Source: Lachnospiraceae bacterium
GTDB taxonomy: Bacteria; Bacillota; Clostridia; Lachnospirales; Lachnospiraceae
Length of the DNA stretch: 64,000 bases
NCBI GenBank assembly: GCA_045531905.1
Contig: JAZSEY010000020.1
Coordinates: 82,020 to 146,019, forward strand
Direction of reading: 5' to 3'
The notes beneath the pieces are model-generated. The model did not search any database and was not told the origin of the DNA. It was given only the letters and a program-made list of their open reading frames with translations. Shown piece after piece: positions 38,176-47,917 of the stretch. Positions within the stretch are counted from its first letter, which is position 1. The number at the start of each line of letters is the position of its first letter. A program made the position numbers and the translations under genes.

Positions 38176-40104
38176 ATGAGTGGTTTAGTTTATACTAATG
38201 ATTCTTGTATTGGTTGCAACAAGTGTATCCGAGCATGTAGTTGCGATGGGGCCAACATTGCAAAAGAAGTGGATGGAAGGAATTACATCGAGGTAGATGC
38301 TGAGAAATGTATTGCATGTGGAGCATGCTTTGACGTGTGTGAGCATCATGCCCGTTCTTTTATGGATGACACAGAGAGATTCTTTGCGGATTTGGCAAAG
38401 GGTGAGCGTATCTCTATCATTTTAGCACCTGCATTTAAGGCAAATTACTATAGTGAATATGAGAAGATTTTGGGTGGTTTAAAGAAGTGTGGTGTTAACC
38501 AGATTATTAGTGCTTCCTTTGGTGCAGATATTACTACATGGGCTTATATTAAGTATATTACTGAGAATAACTTTATGGGCGGAATTTCTCAGCCATGTCC
38601 AGCGGTAGTAGGTTATATTGAAAAGTATATTCCAGAGTTAATTGACAAGCTGATGCCTGTACATAGTCCAATGATGTGTAGTGCTATTTATGCTAAGAAG
38701 TATATGGGTATTACAGATAAATTGGCATTTATCAGTCCATGTATTGCAAAGAAGAATGAGATTGATGATCCGAATACGGATGGTTATATTTCATACAATG
38801 TTACCTTTGATCATTTGATGAAGTATGTGAGAGAGCATAATGTATATGGTCCTGCAGTTTCAGATGATGTACCATATGGTTTAGGTTCAATTTACCCAAT
38901 GCCGGGTGGTTTGAAGGAGAATGTATACTGGTTATTAGGTCAGGATGCATTTGTTCGTCAGATGGAAGGCGAGCAGCATATGTACCATTATCTGGAGAAG
39001 ATGAAGGGTAAGATTAAGGCAAATATGACACCATTCCTCTTCATTGACGCCTTGAATTGTAGCGGTGGTTGTCTCTATGGTACAGCCATTGAAGAGAAGA
39101 TGAATCAGGCAGATGATGTTATCTGTAATTTACAGAAGATTAAGGAAGTTAGCGATAAGCAGGGTAAGAAGAGTGCTTGGGAAGAGACTCTAACACCAGC
39201 AAAACGTTTGCAGAAGCTCAACAAACAGTTTGAGAATTTGAGTCTGATGGATTTCATTCGCAGATACACAGATAAGAGTGCCGGATGTAGAATCAATCAT
39301 CCTTCTGATGAAGAATTAGATGAGATTTTCATGACCATGAATAAGGATACCAGAGACAAGCGCAATATCAATTGTAGTTGTTGTGGTTATCAGACATGCA
39401 CAGATATGGCGGTTGCCATTCACAATGGTTTCAATCATAAAGAGAATTGTATTCACTATGTAAAGGATTTAGCCATTGAAGAGAAGGAATACATTGATGG
39501 TCTCATGCAAGATATGAATGAAAAGAACGAGCGTGAGCAGGAGCAAAAGCAGATTATCTTCGATATCATTAATGAGAACTTTGCTGACTTGTCCAATTCC
39601 GTTGCAAGTGTAGAGAGTAGTAGTAATGCTAACGCAGAGAACAGCGGCGAGATTTCAGATGCCATGTCAAATGTGCGTGATTTTGCTGCGAAACTTAGAA
39701 GTTCATTAGAGCATATCCGTAGTTATTTGGAAGCTTTGGAAGAGAATAACAATGACGTTATCAATATTGCCAGTCAGACTAACCTCCTAGCATTGAATGC
39801 TTCTATTGAGGCTGCTAGAGCGGGTGAAGCAGGAAGAGGCTTCTCTGTAGTAGCTGAGCAGATTAAGGTTTTGGCTGAGAGTTCAAAGGAAACTGTTACA
39901 GAAAGTAGTCAGACAAAGTCGGATATAGAAAACAACGTTAATACTATCTTACAGGAGGCAGACCAGTTGCTTGAGATTTTGCATACTGTAGATGACAAGA
40001 CACAGAATTTGGCAGCATCTTCAGAAGAGATTGCAAGTTCTATTCAGTTGATTTCGGACATCACATCGGATGTAACTGAGAAACTTGAACAAATTACATT
40101 GTAA
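38176..40104 (+). CDS. Cytoplasmic chemoreceptor in which a ferredoxin-like domain and a [FeFe]-hydrogenase-like H-cluster domain are fused to an MCP signalling domain
   Basis: 4Fe-4S motifs [13 protein letters not shown] and [14 protein letters not shown] are present. The hydrogenase L1-like loop is SQPCPAV (one Cys lost), L2 is SPCIAKKNE and L3 is [10 protein letters not shown]. An extra CSCCGYQTC cluster follows. The MCP signature is [27 protein letters not shown]. No TM helices. Confidence 0.75.
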   Translation: MSGLVYTNDSCIGCNKCIRACSCDGANIAKEVDGRNYIEVDAEKCIACGACFDVCEHHARSFMDDTERFFADLAKGERISIILAPAFKANYYSEYEKILGGLKKCGVNQIISASFGADITTWAYIKYITENNFMGGISQPCPAVVGYIEKYIPELIDKLMPVHSPMMCSAIYAKKYMGITDKLAFISPCIAKKNEIDDPNTDGYISYNVTFDHLMKYVREHNVYGPAVSDDVPYGLGSIYPMPGGLKENVYWLLGQDAFVRQMEGEQHMYHYLEKMKGKIKANMTPFLFIDALNCSGGCLYGTAIEEKMNQADDVICNLQKIKEVSDKQGKKSAWEETLTPAKRLQKLNKQFENLSLMDFIRRYTDKSAGCRINHPSDEELDEIFMTMNKDTRDKRNINCSCCGYQTCTDMAVAIHNGFNHKENCIHYVKDLAIEEKEYIDGLMQDMNEKNEREQEQKQIIFDIINENFADLSNSVASVESSSNANAENSGEISDAMSNVRDFAAKLRSSLEHIRSYLEALEENNNDVINIASQTNLLALNASIEAARAGEAGRGFSVVAEQIKVLAESSKETVTESSQTKSDIENNVNTILQEADQLLEILHTVDDKTQNLAASSEEIASSIQLISDITSDVTEKLEQITL

Positions 40105-40316
40105 ATGATACAGGGGAATTTGTGCATGGCATTTACTCGTTAAGAATGTCTAAGCATATTCTGTGAAATATATTGCTCACACATAAAACTCGCGTAGAGA
40201 GCAGCTTGCAGGTTGCTCTCTAGCGAGTTTTATGTGTGAGCTTATATTTTGCACAGAACATGCTAATACCTTCTAAACAAGTAACTGATATGCCGAGAAT
40301 TCCCCTGTATCATTTA
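40104..40316. repeat. Palindromic intergenic element 3, filling the whole convergent intergenic gap
   Basis: The arms AATGATACAGGGGAATT and AATTCCCCTGTATCATT enclose the family modules TAAGAATGTCTAAG..CTGTGAAATATATTGCTCACACATAAAACTCGC and its inverse. Confidence 0.7.
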
Positions 40317-41146
40317 TTAGTAATTGTTGTCGGAAGGATTCCAAATCCATATACATTTTTTCCCCTATATTGAAACACTTCATAATATTCATCTTCATCT
40401 CCTGAATCGGACAGGGTTAATTGGTAGTTGTTGTAAAACTCTACATCTGTCAGATTTAATCCCGGATAAGGAACTTCAATGTTCTTGGCTGATATTTTTT
40501 TGCCTTCGATTAATCGTATATAAATGGTTTCAGAGAGGGCAAATTGCAGTTTTTCTTCTGAATATATATTATAAATTGGGGCGCAATCATCCACAACTTC
40601 ATTGACTTCTGCTGCCAGGATAGTTCCCTTTTCTGTCATTAGAATCGTGTGTTGTAATGAATTATCAAATTTATAAAAGCGAATGACCCATAAATAACAG
40701 GAATAGGTATGAAAAGAAGTATCTGTGTATCGATAAATCTCTGTATCCCAGGAATACCAGTTATTGTATGAAGAAGAAAGTGAATAAGGATAAACTCCGG
40801 CATTGTAAAAAACATCTAGTGATTTCTTTGCTTTTTCGATTGCCTGCATTTCTGTGAGAAACGTCTCGGATTCTGATGCAATGTCTACAGTGCTTTGCCA
40901 AGTTCCAGCAATTAACTTCATTCGGTCTAAGGTAGAAAGCTGTTCAGAAGCAATGCGTGCCATGGCAGTATTTGATGCCAGATAGTAATCCTCCGGTGCA
41001 GTAGAGACCGTATTCAAATTGCTCTTGCTAGTAATTTCCATAGCTATTTGCGGGATAAATAATCCGCACAATATAGAAGTGATTGTGAGCATAACACCAA
41101 GTGTTGTCGACATATGTAATTTAGGATTTTTGAAATGTCGTAACAT
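40310..41146 (-). CDS. Hypothetical secreted/membrane-anchored protein, last gene of the RR-HK operon
   Basis: N-terminal signal/anchor followed by a Tyr/Asn-rich domain. Confidence 0.5.
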   Translation of the reverse strand: MLRHFKNPKLHMSTTLGVMLTITSILCGLFIPQIAMEITSKSNLNTVSTAPEDYYLASNTAMARIASEQLSTLDRMKLIAGTWQSTVDIASESETFLTEMQAIEKAKKSLDVFYNAGVYPYSLSSSYNNWYSWDTEIYRYTDTSFHTYSCYLWVIRFYKFDNSLQHTILMTEKGTILAAEVNEVVDDCAPIYNIYSEEKLQFALSETIYIRLIEGKKISAKNIEVPYPGLNLTDVEFYNNYQLTLSDSGDEDEYYEVFQYRGKNVYGFGILPTTITNK

Positions 41147-41149
41147 ACA

Positions 41150-42574
41150 TTAGCATCCTTTCTCTTTTGAGTCTGAAAAGAAAATGGTTATGGTTGTGCC
41201 TTCTCCAGGGCTACTTACAATATCCATTTTTGCGTTATGACTTTGGAATATCAGTGAAGCGAGTGATAGACCAAGTCCAGCCCCTCCCTCTTTTCGGGAA
41301 CGGGATTTGTCAACCATATAAAATTCATCACAAATTCGTTTTAAGTGTTCTTCCGGAATTCCTACGCCAAAGTCCTGTACAGTAAAGAGGTATCCAGCCT
41401 CGATTTTTTGTCCTGAGAATGTTATATGAGCCCCTTCTGTGGACGCCTTTCTGGCGTTATCAATTAAATTGATAAAGGCTGAGGTTAAAAGTGCCATATC
41501 CCCTTTCATAATGTGCTCATCACAGGTATGTTCCAACGTGATGTTCTTCATATTGAGGGAAGGGCTTACGCTGTTGATGATATTGTCCATCAATCGCTTT
41601 GTAGAGAGTTCCATTTTCTCAATCTCATGTTGCTTCGTATAGATAAAATCGAACAGTTTCATAGACATGGCTTCCAGACGTTTTCCTTCGCTGAAAATGT
41701 AGGAGGATGCTGTCATCAGTGTGTCTTTAGATAACTCTTTGGAACGAATCATATCTGCATAACCGATGATGGTTGTCATAGGTGTTTTCATTTCATGAGT
41801 AAAGTCTGCCACAAACTGTTCCTGACGAATTACCATCTGTTTTAATTCTTCAATGTGCGCGGCTACCTCGCCTGCCATTTGGTTATAGGTAAGTGCCAAG
41901 TCTTCTATCTCGTCACCGGTATGAATATCTGCTCTGGCAGAATAATCACCTTTTCCAAAACTAGCAGACACCTGGCTTAGTTGCTCTAGCGGTTTTGTAA
42001 GCAATAGACTAATAACGTACATGCCCACAGAACAAATCAAGATAACAAAAAGCAAAAGAATTCGAAAATAGTTTTGCTGTGCCATCATCATGTCATAGAT
42101 GGAAGAAATGTTTCTCTTATTGATAATGTTTAAGTTCTTTTCCTGAATTGTGTTGCAGGAAGTGACATAAATGAAATGTTCCTGTCCTTCCTCTAAAATG
42201 ACGTAATGCTTTTTCCCCATCTGTGCATTTGTAATCAGTTCCTCAGGATAGGAGTTTTCAGTAGAACTATTCGTCGCGTATAAGTCACCATTATATATCA
42301 CATATATGTCAGACTGGTTTGCAGACATACCGGCTATGACATTTTGGCTAATTCCTTCGAGTTGTGAAGTCAAGTCTCGAAAATTGCTGTTTAACACATC
42401 GAGAAGTTCATATTCTATCGCTGATTGCACCATATTATTTTCTTCGATAGCATTTCTCACCTGTGCTTCCAGTGCCAGAGAAAAATTGTTGCGAATCATA
42501 AGATATCCGACTACACCGATACCAAGGGATAACAATATGATATTTATAAATAAAACCTTATAACGAAATTTCAT
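41150..42574 (-). CDS. Sensor histidine kinase (HisKA plus HATPase_c) with an extracytoplasmic sensor domain
   Basis: Two TMs flank a ~140-aa loop. The H-box is FTHEMKTPMTTIIGYADMI. The N-box is IDNARKAS, and G-boxes DFGVGIP and GGAGLGLSLA follow. Confidence 0.85.
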   Translation of the reverse strand: MKFRYKVLFINIILLSLGIGVVGYLMIRNNFSLALEAQVRNAIEENNMVQSAIEYELLDVLNSNFRDLTSQLEGISQNVIAGMSANQSDIYVIYNGDLYATNSSTENSYPEELITNAQMGKKHYVILEEGQEHFIYVTSCNTIQEKNLNIINKRNISSIYDMMMAQQNYFRILLLFVILICSVGMYVISLLLTKPLEQLSQVSASFGKGDYSARADIHTGDEIEDLALTYNQMAGEVAAHIEELKQMVIRQEQFVADFTHEMKTPMTTIIGYADMIRSKELSKDTLMTASSYIFSEGKRLEAMSMKLFDFIYTKQHEIEKMELSTKRLMDNIINSVSPSLNMKNITLEHTCDEHIMKGDMALLTSAFINLIDNARKASTEGAHITFSGQKIEAGYLFTVQDFGVGIPEEHLKRICDEFYMVDKSRSRKEGGAGLGLSLASLIFQSHNAKMDIVSSPGEGTTITIFFSDSKEKGC

Positions 42575-42581
42575 ATATGAG

Positions 42582-43235
42582 TTATTGCTCCAATCGATAG
42601 CCTGTTTTGTAGACTGTTTTAATCTTTTTTTCTAATCCTGTTTTCTTTCGTAGACGTTGAATATGTAAATCCAATGTTCTAGTGTGGTCTGCTAAATCAC
42701 TGCCCCAAAGCTCTTCATAAATGCGCTCTCGAAACAGCGTAATGTTTACATTGCGAACTAACAATACCAAAAGTTCAAATTCCTTTGGAGTTAAATCCAG
42801 TGCGGAGTTGTTTTTTGTGGCAGTTTGATTCTCCAAGTCCAGTGTTAGGTCCTCAAATTGCAAGGTGGTAGCAGACTTATTGTAGCGTCGAAGTACCACA
42901 TTGACTCTTGCAAGCAATTCTACAATTTCAAACGGTTTGACTATGTAGTCCTCAGCACCTAAGGTTAGTCCTTTCACACGGTCGTTGATATTGGCTTTTG
43001 CGGTCAAGAATATAACAGGAATATCTAGCGGTTTGATATATTCAAGCAATTCATAACCGTCAATTTCAGGCAACATGATATCTAGTAAGACTAGGTCGAA
43101 ATTTTCCTGTTCAATTATGTTGGCAGCTTCCAGTCCATCATATGCACAGGTGCATTGAAACCCGGCATCCTCTAGATTCATTTTAATTAAGTCTGAGATT
43201 GGACGTTCGTCCTCTACTATTAGAATTTTTATCAT
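42582..43235 (-). CDS. OmpR-family response regulator
   Basis: The receiver is MIKILIVEDE...D52. The winged-helix domain contains LTPKEFELL...YKTGYRL. Confidence 0.9.
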   Translation of the reverse strand: MIKILIVEDERPISDLIKMNLEDAGFQCTCAYDGLEAANIIEQENFDLVLLDIMLPEIDGYELLEYIKPLDIPVIFLTAKANINDRVKGLTLGAEDYIVKPFEIVELLARVNVVLRRYNKSATTLQFEDLTLDLENQTATKNNSALDLTPKEFELLVLLVRNVNITLFRERIYEELWGSDLADHTRTLDLHIQRLRKKTGLEKKIKTVYKTGYRLEQ

Positions 43236-43372
43236 AGTCGCATCCTCATCAATTCAGTGGTTTAATAATAATCAAAATACACCATTACTATCATAACATA
43301 GAAATGTATCTGAAATGTATCTAAAATGAAAATGTTGTGATATATTAGTCTCATAATGGATGGGGGGATTAG

Positions 43373-44407
43373 ATGCCTGAAAATAAAGAAATAAACAATG
43401 ATAATAGAAAGAAAAAGTGGCATAAAGTGTTGTATGTGCTGTGTTTACTGAGTTTTATTCCGTATTTTTTGACCGCCTTAGCTGGTATGTTTGGGATAGA
43501 ATTTGGTTTTTTTGGAAATTCAGAGATGTATTATGGTTTTGAGGCAGTCGCTTTAATCGTTGCAATATTTACCACAATAATTCCAGTGTATCCGGTTTTG
43601 CTGGTGTTACAGATAATTTACTGTCTTTGGTACTGGAAGTCATTATTAAAGAAACAGAAGAAACTGTTGATTGGTATCTTGATATCCATTGCAGTGATGG
43701 CTGTTGTACCGGGTGCATTTCATTATGTCAGACAGGAAATATCTATCAGCCTGGCATATAATAAAAGTATTGATGTGATAGAAGATTATTTGATAGAACG
43801 ATTTGGTGAAGAGCATGCAGCAAAAATGCAAGTAAGGCGTCCGAATGAGGATTCATTGTGGTACTATGTGAACACTCCGCTGATGTCCAATGATATCAGC
43901 TTACTTATGAATGAAACATTGACTGAGGTGCAAAACGATGATTTTTGTAGCAGATTTATGGAGTCGCATGATTTTCAGAATAAGTTTGATATGCACTTAA
44001 CAAAGGAATGGAAATTGCCAATCAATACTTATGTGAATAGTCTGGTTACCAATATTGATATTCGGAATTACCGTGAGGGTGATGCCATAGAAACATTGTT
44101 TGATGATTGTACTTATCGGATTGCAAGTATTACGATTTATCATTTGTCCTATGACAAAAATGAGATTATGGAATGGATTAGAGAAATCTACATCAACAAT
44201 GCTGAAGCTCTTAAGGATTGTTGTGATGACAATTCTATCAACGTATATGTGAAAGTGAATGACCAATATTATGCCAGCATACACATTGGGCGCTCTTCAA
44301 CGGATATGAATCGTTTGAAATTGTGGTTTTCCGGTTATTCAGACGGCAATGGTAAAACGATAGAGTATTCAGAGGAAGAGATAGATTTATTGCAATCATA
44401 CAAATAA
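43373..44407 (+). CDS. Hypothetical membrane protein
   Basis: Three or four N-terminal TMs followed by a soluble domain. Confidence 0.5.
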   Translation: MPENKEINNDNRKKKWHKVLYVLCLLSFIPYFLTALAGMFGIEFGFFGNSEMYYGFEAVALIVAIFTTIIPVYPVLLVLQIIYCLWYWKSLLKKQKKLLIGILISIAVMAVVPGAFHYVRQEISISLAYNKSIDVIEDYLIERFGEEHAAKMQVRRPNEDSLWYYVNTPLMSNDISLLMNETLTEVQNDDFCSRFMESHDFQNKFDMHLTKEWKLPINTYVNSLVTNIDIRNYREGDAIETLFDDCTYRIASITIYHLSYDKNEIMEWIREIYINNAEALKDCCDDNSINVYVKVNDQYYASIHIGRSSTDMNRLKLWFSGYSDGNGKTIEYSEEEIDLLQSYK

Positions 44408-44513
44408 CAGAGTAGGAAATTGTTGTGACAGACAATTTCCTATTTTTTCATTCAGATACATTTTAGATACAATTGTGGTTTATGATAGGGATATGTTGGA
44501 AGGAGGAATAGCC

Positions 44514-45710
44514 ATGAAAATACGTTTTTTAATATTTGTAGCATCCTTGTGCATTTGCCTTTCCGGATGTCAGACATCAGGTGATATGAAGGTTGATAAG
44601 GAGAGTGAGAATGCAGGGAATCATTTGCAGAATACATTGTGTGAGCAATTAAAGGCAGACGAGACATGGACAGAAGTAATCAATACACCAGATGGAAAAT
44701 CAATCGAAATAGATGTGCGTGTTCAGGTGCCTTCGGTGAAATCATTAAATGTTTATGCTGCAAAGAAAAAGAAAATAGACACGGCTACGCGAAAGTCATA
44801 TTTAGAAAAGTATAATACAGGAACGTTACTTGCTTGTAAAAATGATGACCCTTATAGTGCAGGTTTGGGAGATCCGGAGTTGGTGCCAAATTGGGAAGAG
44901 CACACTGGTGATTACACAGATAATTATTATGGTGTGGAATATCGGGATAGAGAATACTTCATGTATTTCAATGACGCAGATGATTTTAAATGGGGGAATA
45001 TGATGACGCTGTTACCAATGGATAAGATAACTGGAAACGGCTCTGATTATTTTATTACGTTGAATTTTGATGCATCTGTCACAGAAAATGTTTGTGCTTT
45101 AGGTCAGGAGGATGCAATTTCTCAGGCAGTTGCCTTTGCCAATGAACTGACAGGTCAATCGTTTGATGTGATAAATACATATCCTCTTGTGTGGGGAGAT
45201 GATACTAAAGCAAATGGATATGAGATTTATCTGAGAAGAACTATAGATGGGGTGCCATTAGATGGAAATTATTATTATTGGGTGAATTATATGATGCATA
45301 GGTATTATGACGTATATCCTAATGCCTATGGCAGTTTGGAAAAAATGCATGTATATATCAATGATGATGGCATCTTGGGATTTCAATATATCGGAATGCG
45401 TGAAGAGGGAGAACTTGTTGCTGAAGATGTAAAACTATTGGACTTTGAGAAGGTAAAGGAAAGTCTTCGGATTGCATTGATTGAAAATGTGGATGGAATG
45501 TTTTCTGATTTGTATTTGGGAACTTTAGAATTATTATATTTTCCATTGTGGGATACGGAAGAACCGGAAAGGTTTACAATTATCCCAGTGTGGCGATTAC
45601 TAGCAGATGAGGATGCGGATAAAGCGGAGAGCGTGGTTATGATAAATGCCATGGATGGTTCATTGATTGATATTGAGTCCAATATTTTTTTAGAACCGGA
45701 AGGGGAATAG
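44514..45710 (+). CDS. Hypothetical lipoprotein, paralog A
   Basis: Lipobox LSGC. The C-terminal block LELLYFPLWDTEEPERFTIIPVWRLLADED is shared with the next gene. Confidence 0.55.
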   Translation: MKIRFLIFVASLCICLSGCQTSGDMKVDKESENAGNHLQNTLCEQLKADETWTEVINTPDGKSIEIDVRVQVPSVKSLNVYAAKKKKIDTATRKSYLEKYNTGTLLACKNDDPYSAGLGDPELVPNWEEHTGDYTDNYYGVEYRDREYFMYFNDADDFKWGNMMTLLPMDKITGNGSDYFITLNFDASVTENVCALGQEDAISQAVAFANELTGQSFDVINTYPLVWGDDTKANGYEIYLRRTIDGVPLDGNYYYWVNYMMHRYYDVYPNAYGSLEKMHVYINDDGILGFQYIGMREEGELVAEDVKLLDFEKVKESLRIALIENVDGMFSDLYLGTLELLYFPLWDTEEPERFTIIPVWRLLADEDADKAESVVMINAMDGSLIDIESNIFLEPEGE

Positions 45711-45719
45711 GAGAAAAAG

Positions 45720-46889
45720 ATGAAAGCGAAATTTAGATTATTCATAATCGGTAGCCTCATAACAATTTCTTTTGTAGGCTGTGGCGAAAAGAAAATAGAA
45801 ACACATGAAGTGCCTGATACACAGGCGTCGGCGCTCACAGATGATTTAACAGAGTCGTTGCAGGTTACAGAAGATGTTTGGAAAGATGAGATTAGCATTG
45901 AAGGCTCGCAGTATACGGTAAAGGTGCATGCCGAGGTTATGGTGCCGGATGTGAACTATATGCATAAAATTGCCTATAAGCAGAAGGTGTTTTCTGCGCA
46001 GGATAAAGAGCGAATTATCTCTGAATTAGCAGAAGGAGATGTGTATGATGGAGCTATGCTGATAGCAAATCCTGATGAAACTGCTGATGTAGAATCAACA
46101 TGGGAAAAGATAGATAACTACGAAGGGGAGCATTATATCTTTTCCTATCTGGGACAGGATTATGTGTTGACTATGGCAAATGACACAGCATTAGAACAAT
46201 ACGGTGGAACATACATGCGTTTTGAACCAGTAAGTAATGTGTATAACTACGGTAAGCAATATAGTTATGGGAATTTCACAAATACGCCAAGTGAAAATCA
46301 GTGTGAGATTTCGAAGGACGAGGCTTGTCAAACTGCAGTGGAATTTGTGAAGAAAATGGAACAAGAAGAGTTTTGTGTGGTATCGTCATATCCATTGCAA
46401 TGGTATGAAACGGAGAAGAATCATGAAGAGAGTTATGTCGAGTGGTTGGATGGATATGAAGTGGTCTTATATAGACAAGTGGATGGCGTGTTAGTAGATG
46501 GATGCATGCCTGCTGACTTTCTCGTGTCAGATATAGAAGGACCATATGCCAGAAACCGTATGGAAAGTGTACATGTATTTGTTACGGATAGTGGTGTTGT
46601 AGGATATGAGCACAATGGTGCGCGTGCAGTAGGGGAAGTTGTGGAATCTAAGGTGTCGTTAAAACCGTATTCTACAATTTTGGATGAGATGAAAACGCAG
46701 GTTGTGCAGACGGATTTTTACGGAGATTATTCTCCATATAGAGGGAAATTGGAATTGTTATATTTCCCAGTATATCCAGAACAAAATACTGACACATGTG
46801 TGCTATGTCCTTATTGGAAATTGACAGATGACGATGATGATCAGTTAAGTAATTTTTCCAAGATAGTAGACGCGTGTGATGTGAAATGA
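45720..46889 (+). CDS. Hypothetical lipoprotein, paralog B
   Basis: Lipobox FVGC. The C-terminal block LELLYFPVYPEQNTDTCVLCPYWKLTDDDD matches paralog A. Confidence 0.55.
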   Translation: MKAKFRLFIIGSLITISFVGCGEKKIETHEVPDTQASALTDDLTESLQVTEDVWKDEISIEGSQYTVKVHAEVMVPDVNYMHKIAYKQKVFSAQDKERIISELAEGDVYDGAMLIANPDETADVESTWEKIDNYEGEHYIFSYLGQDYVLTMANDTALEQYGGTYMRFEPVSNVYNYGKQYSYGNFTNTPSENQCEISKDEACQTAVEFVKKMEQEEFCVVSSYPLQWYETEKNHEESYVEWLDGYEVVLYRQVDGVLVDGCMPADFLVSDIEGPYARNRMESVHVFVTDSGVVGYEHNGARAVGEVVESKVSLKPYSTILDEMKTQVVQTDFYGDYSPYRGKLELLYFPVYPEQNTDTCVLCPYWKLTDDDDDQLSNFSKIVDACDVK

Positions 46890-46912
46890 AACAGCAAGGA
46901 AAGGAACAGAGC

Positions 46913-47917
46913 ATGAAACATAGGAAAGAAAAGTGTTTATTACTGGGGATTTCTATAGTGTGGTTTTTGGGGATGACAGGGTGTTCTGGTTCCTTTACCT
47001 CTCCCCTTATGGAAATTACAATTGAGCCTTATGAAAAGGTAGTGTATAACACAGCGGATGTAGTGAAAGGGGATATACACCCTGAATTACGGCTGAAATT
47101 GGTTACGGATGAATTCAGAAGAGTCAATTACTACCCTGTTCACGATGAAATGGAAGTGGACCAGGTATATGTGCAGGATGGTGATATTGTCACAAAAGGG
47201 GATTTGTTAGTAACCTTCAAATCGGCTGACATAGAGGAGCAGTTAACGACTTATCGAAATGAATTAGAAGAAAATAAACTTTTAATCAAACACTACAAAA
47301 AACTCATGAAGATTGACAAAAATCAAGATTATAGTCAGGATATTATTTCTCTGGAAGAAGATGCAGAAGTGATAGAGATGCGAATTCATGAGTTAACAAA
47401 AAAACTGGAGAACTATCACATAAAGGCAGAGGGATTGGGCGTTGTTTCTAATGTATCAGATATGTTGGCTTACGGCGTGGTTGGCGTACAGGATATGCTG
47501 ATGAATGTGACCTATGGTTCTGGGGATTATTATGTGTCAACCGAAGATGATTATGCATTTCAGATAGGTGACATTTATGAGGCAAGCTTTGGTGTTGCTG
47601 TTTATCAAATGGAGTTGAAAGAAATCACAGAAAACACAACTGGAGAAAGAGAACTTCGTTTTGCTATGGCAGAAGGCGAAAAGGTGATTACGGACCAGAA
47701 ATCATTAGATATGGTAATCCGAAAAACAGTTATGAAAAATGTGCTTTATGTACCCAAGAAGGCTGTTTTTAAAAATGACGTTGAAACCTATGTTTATCTA
47801 ATGGATGGGGATGGCTATAGAAAGGCTGTGCCGGTAACAATTGGGGCTACAGTAGACGGAGTTACAGTGATTACTGCCGGTGTAAAAGAAGGCGACAAGG
47901 TGGTGGTGGACAAATGA
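46913..47917 (+). CDS. Membrane-fusion (periplasmic adaptor, HlyD-like) lipoprotein
   Basis: Lipobox MTGC. There is a biotin-lipoyl-like hairpin (GDLLVTFKS) and a C-terminal beta-barrel block (KVITDQKSLDMVIRKTVMKNVLYVPKKAV). Start set to the second ATG, which has the better ribosome-binding site. Confidence 0.6.
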   Translation: MKHRKEKCLLLGISIVWFLGMTGCSGSFTSPLMEITIEPYEKVVYNTADVVKGDIHPELRLKLVTDEFRRVNYYPVHDEMEVDQVYVQDGDIVTKGDLLVTFKSADIEEQLTTYRNELEENKLLIKHYKKLMKIDKNQDYSQDIISLEEDAEVIEMRIHELTKKLENYHIKAEGLGVVSNVSDMLAYGVVGVQDMLMNVTYGSGDYYVSTEDDYAFQIGDIYEASFGVAVYQMELKEITENTTGERELRFAMAEGEKVITDQKSLDMVIRKTVMKNVLYVPKKAVFKNDVETYVYLMDGDGYRKAVPVTIGATVDGVTVITAGVKEGDKVVVDK

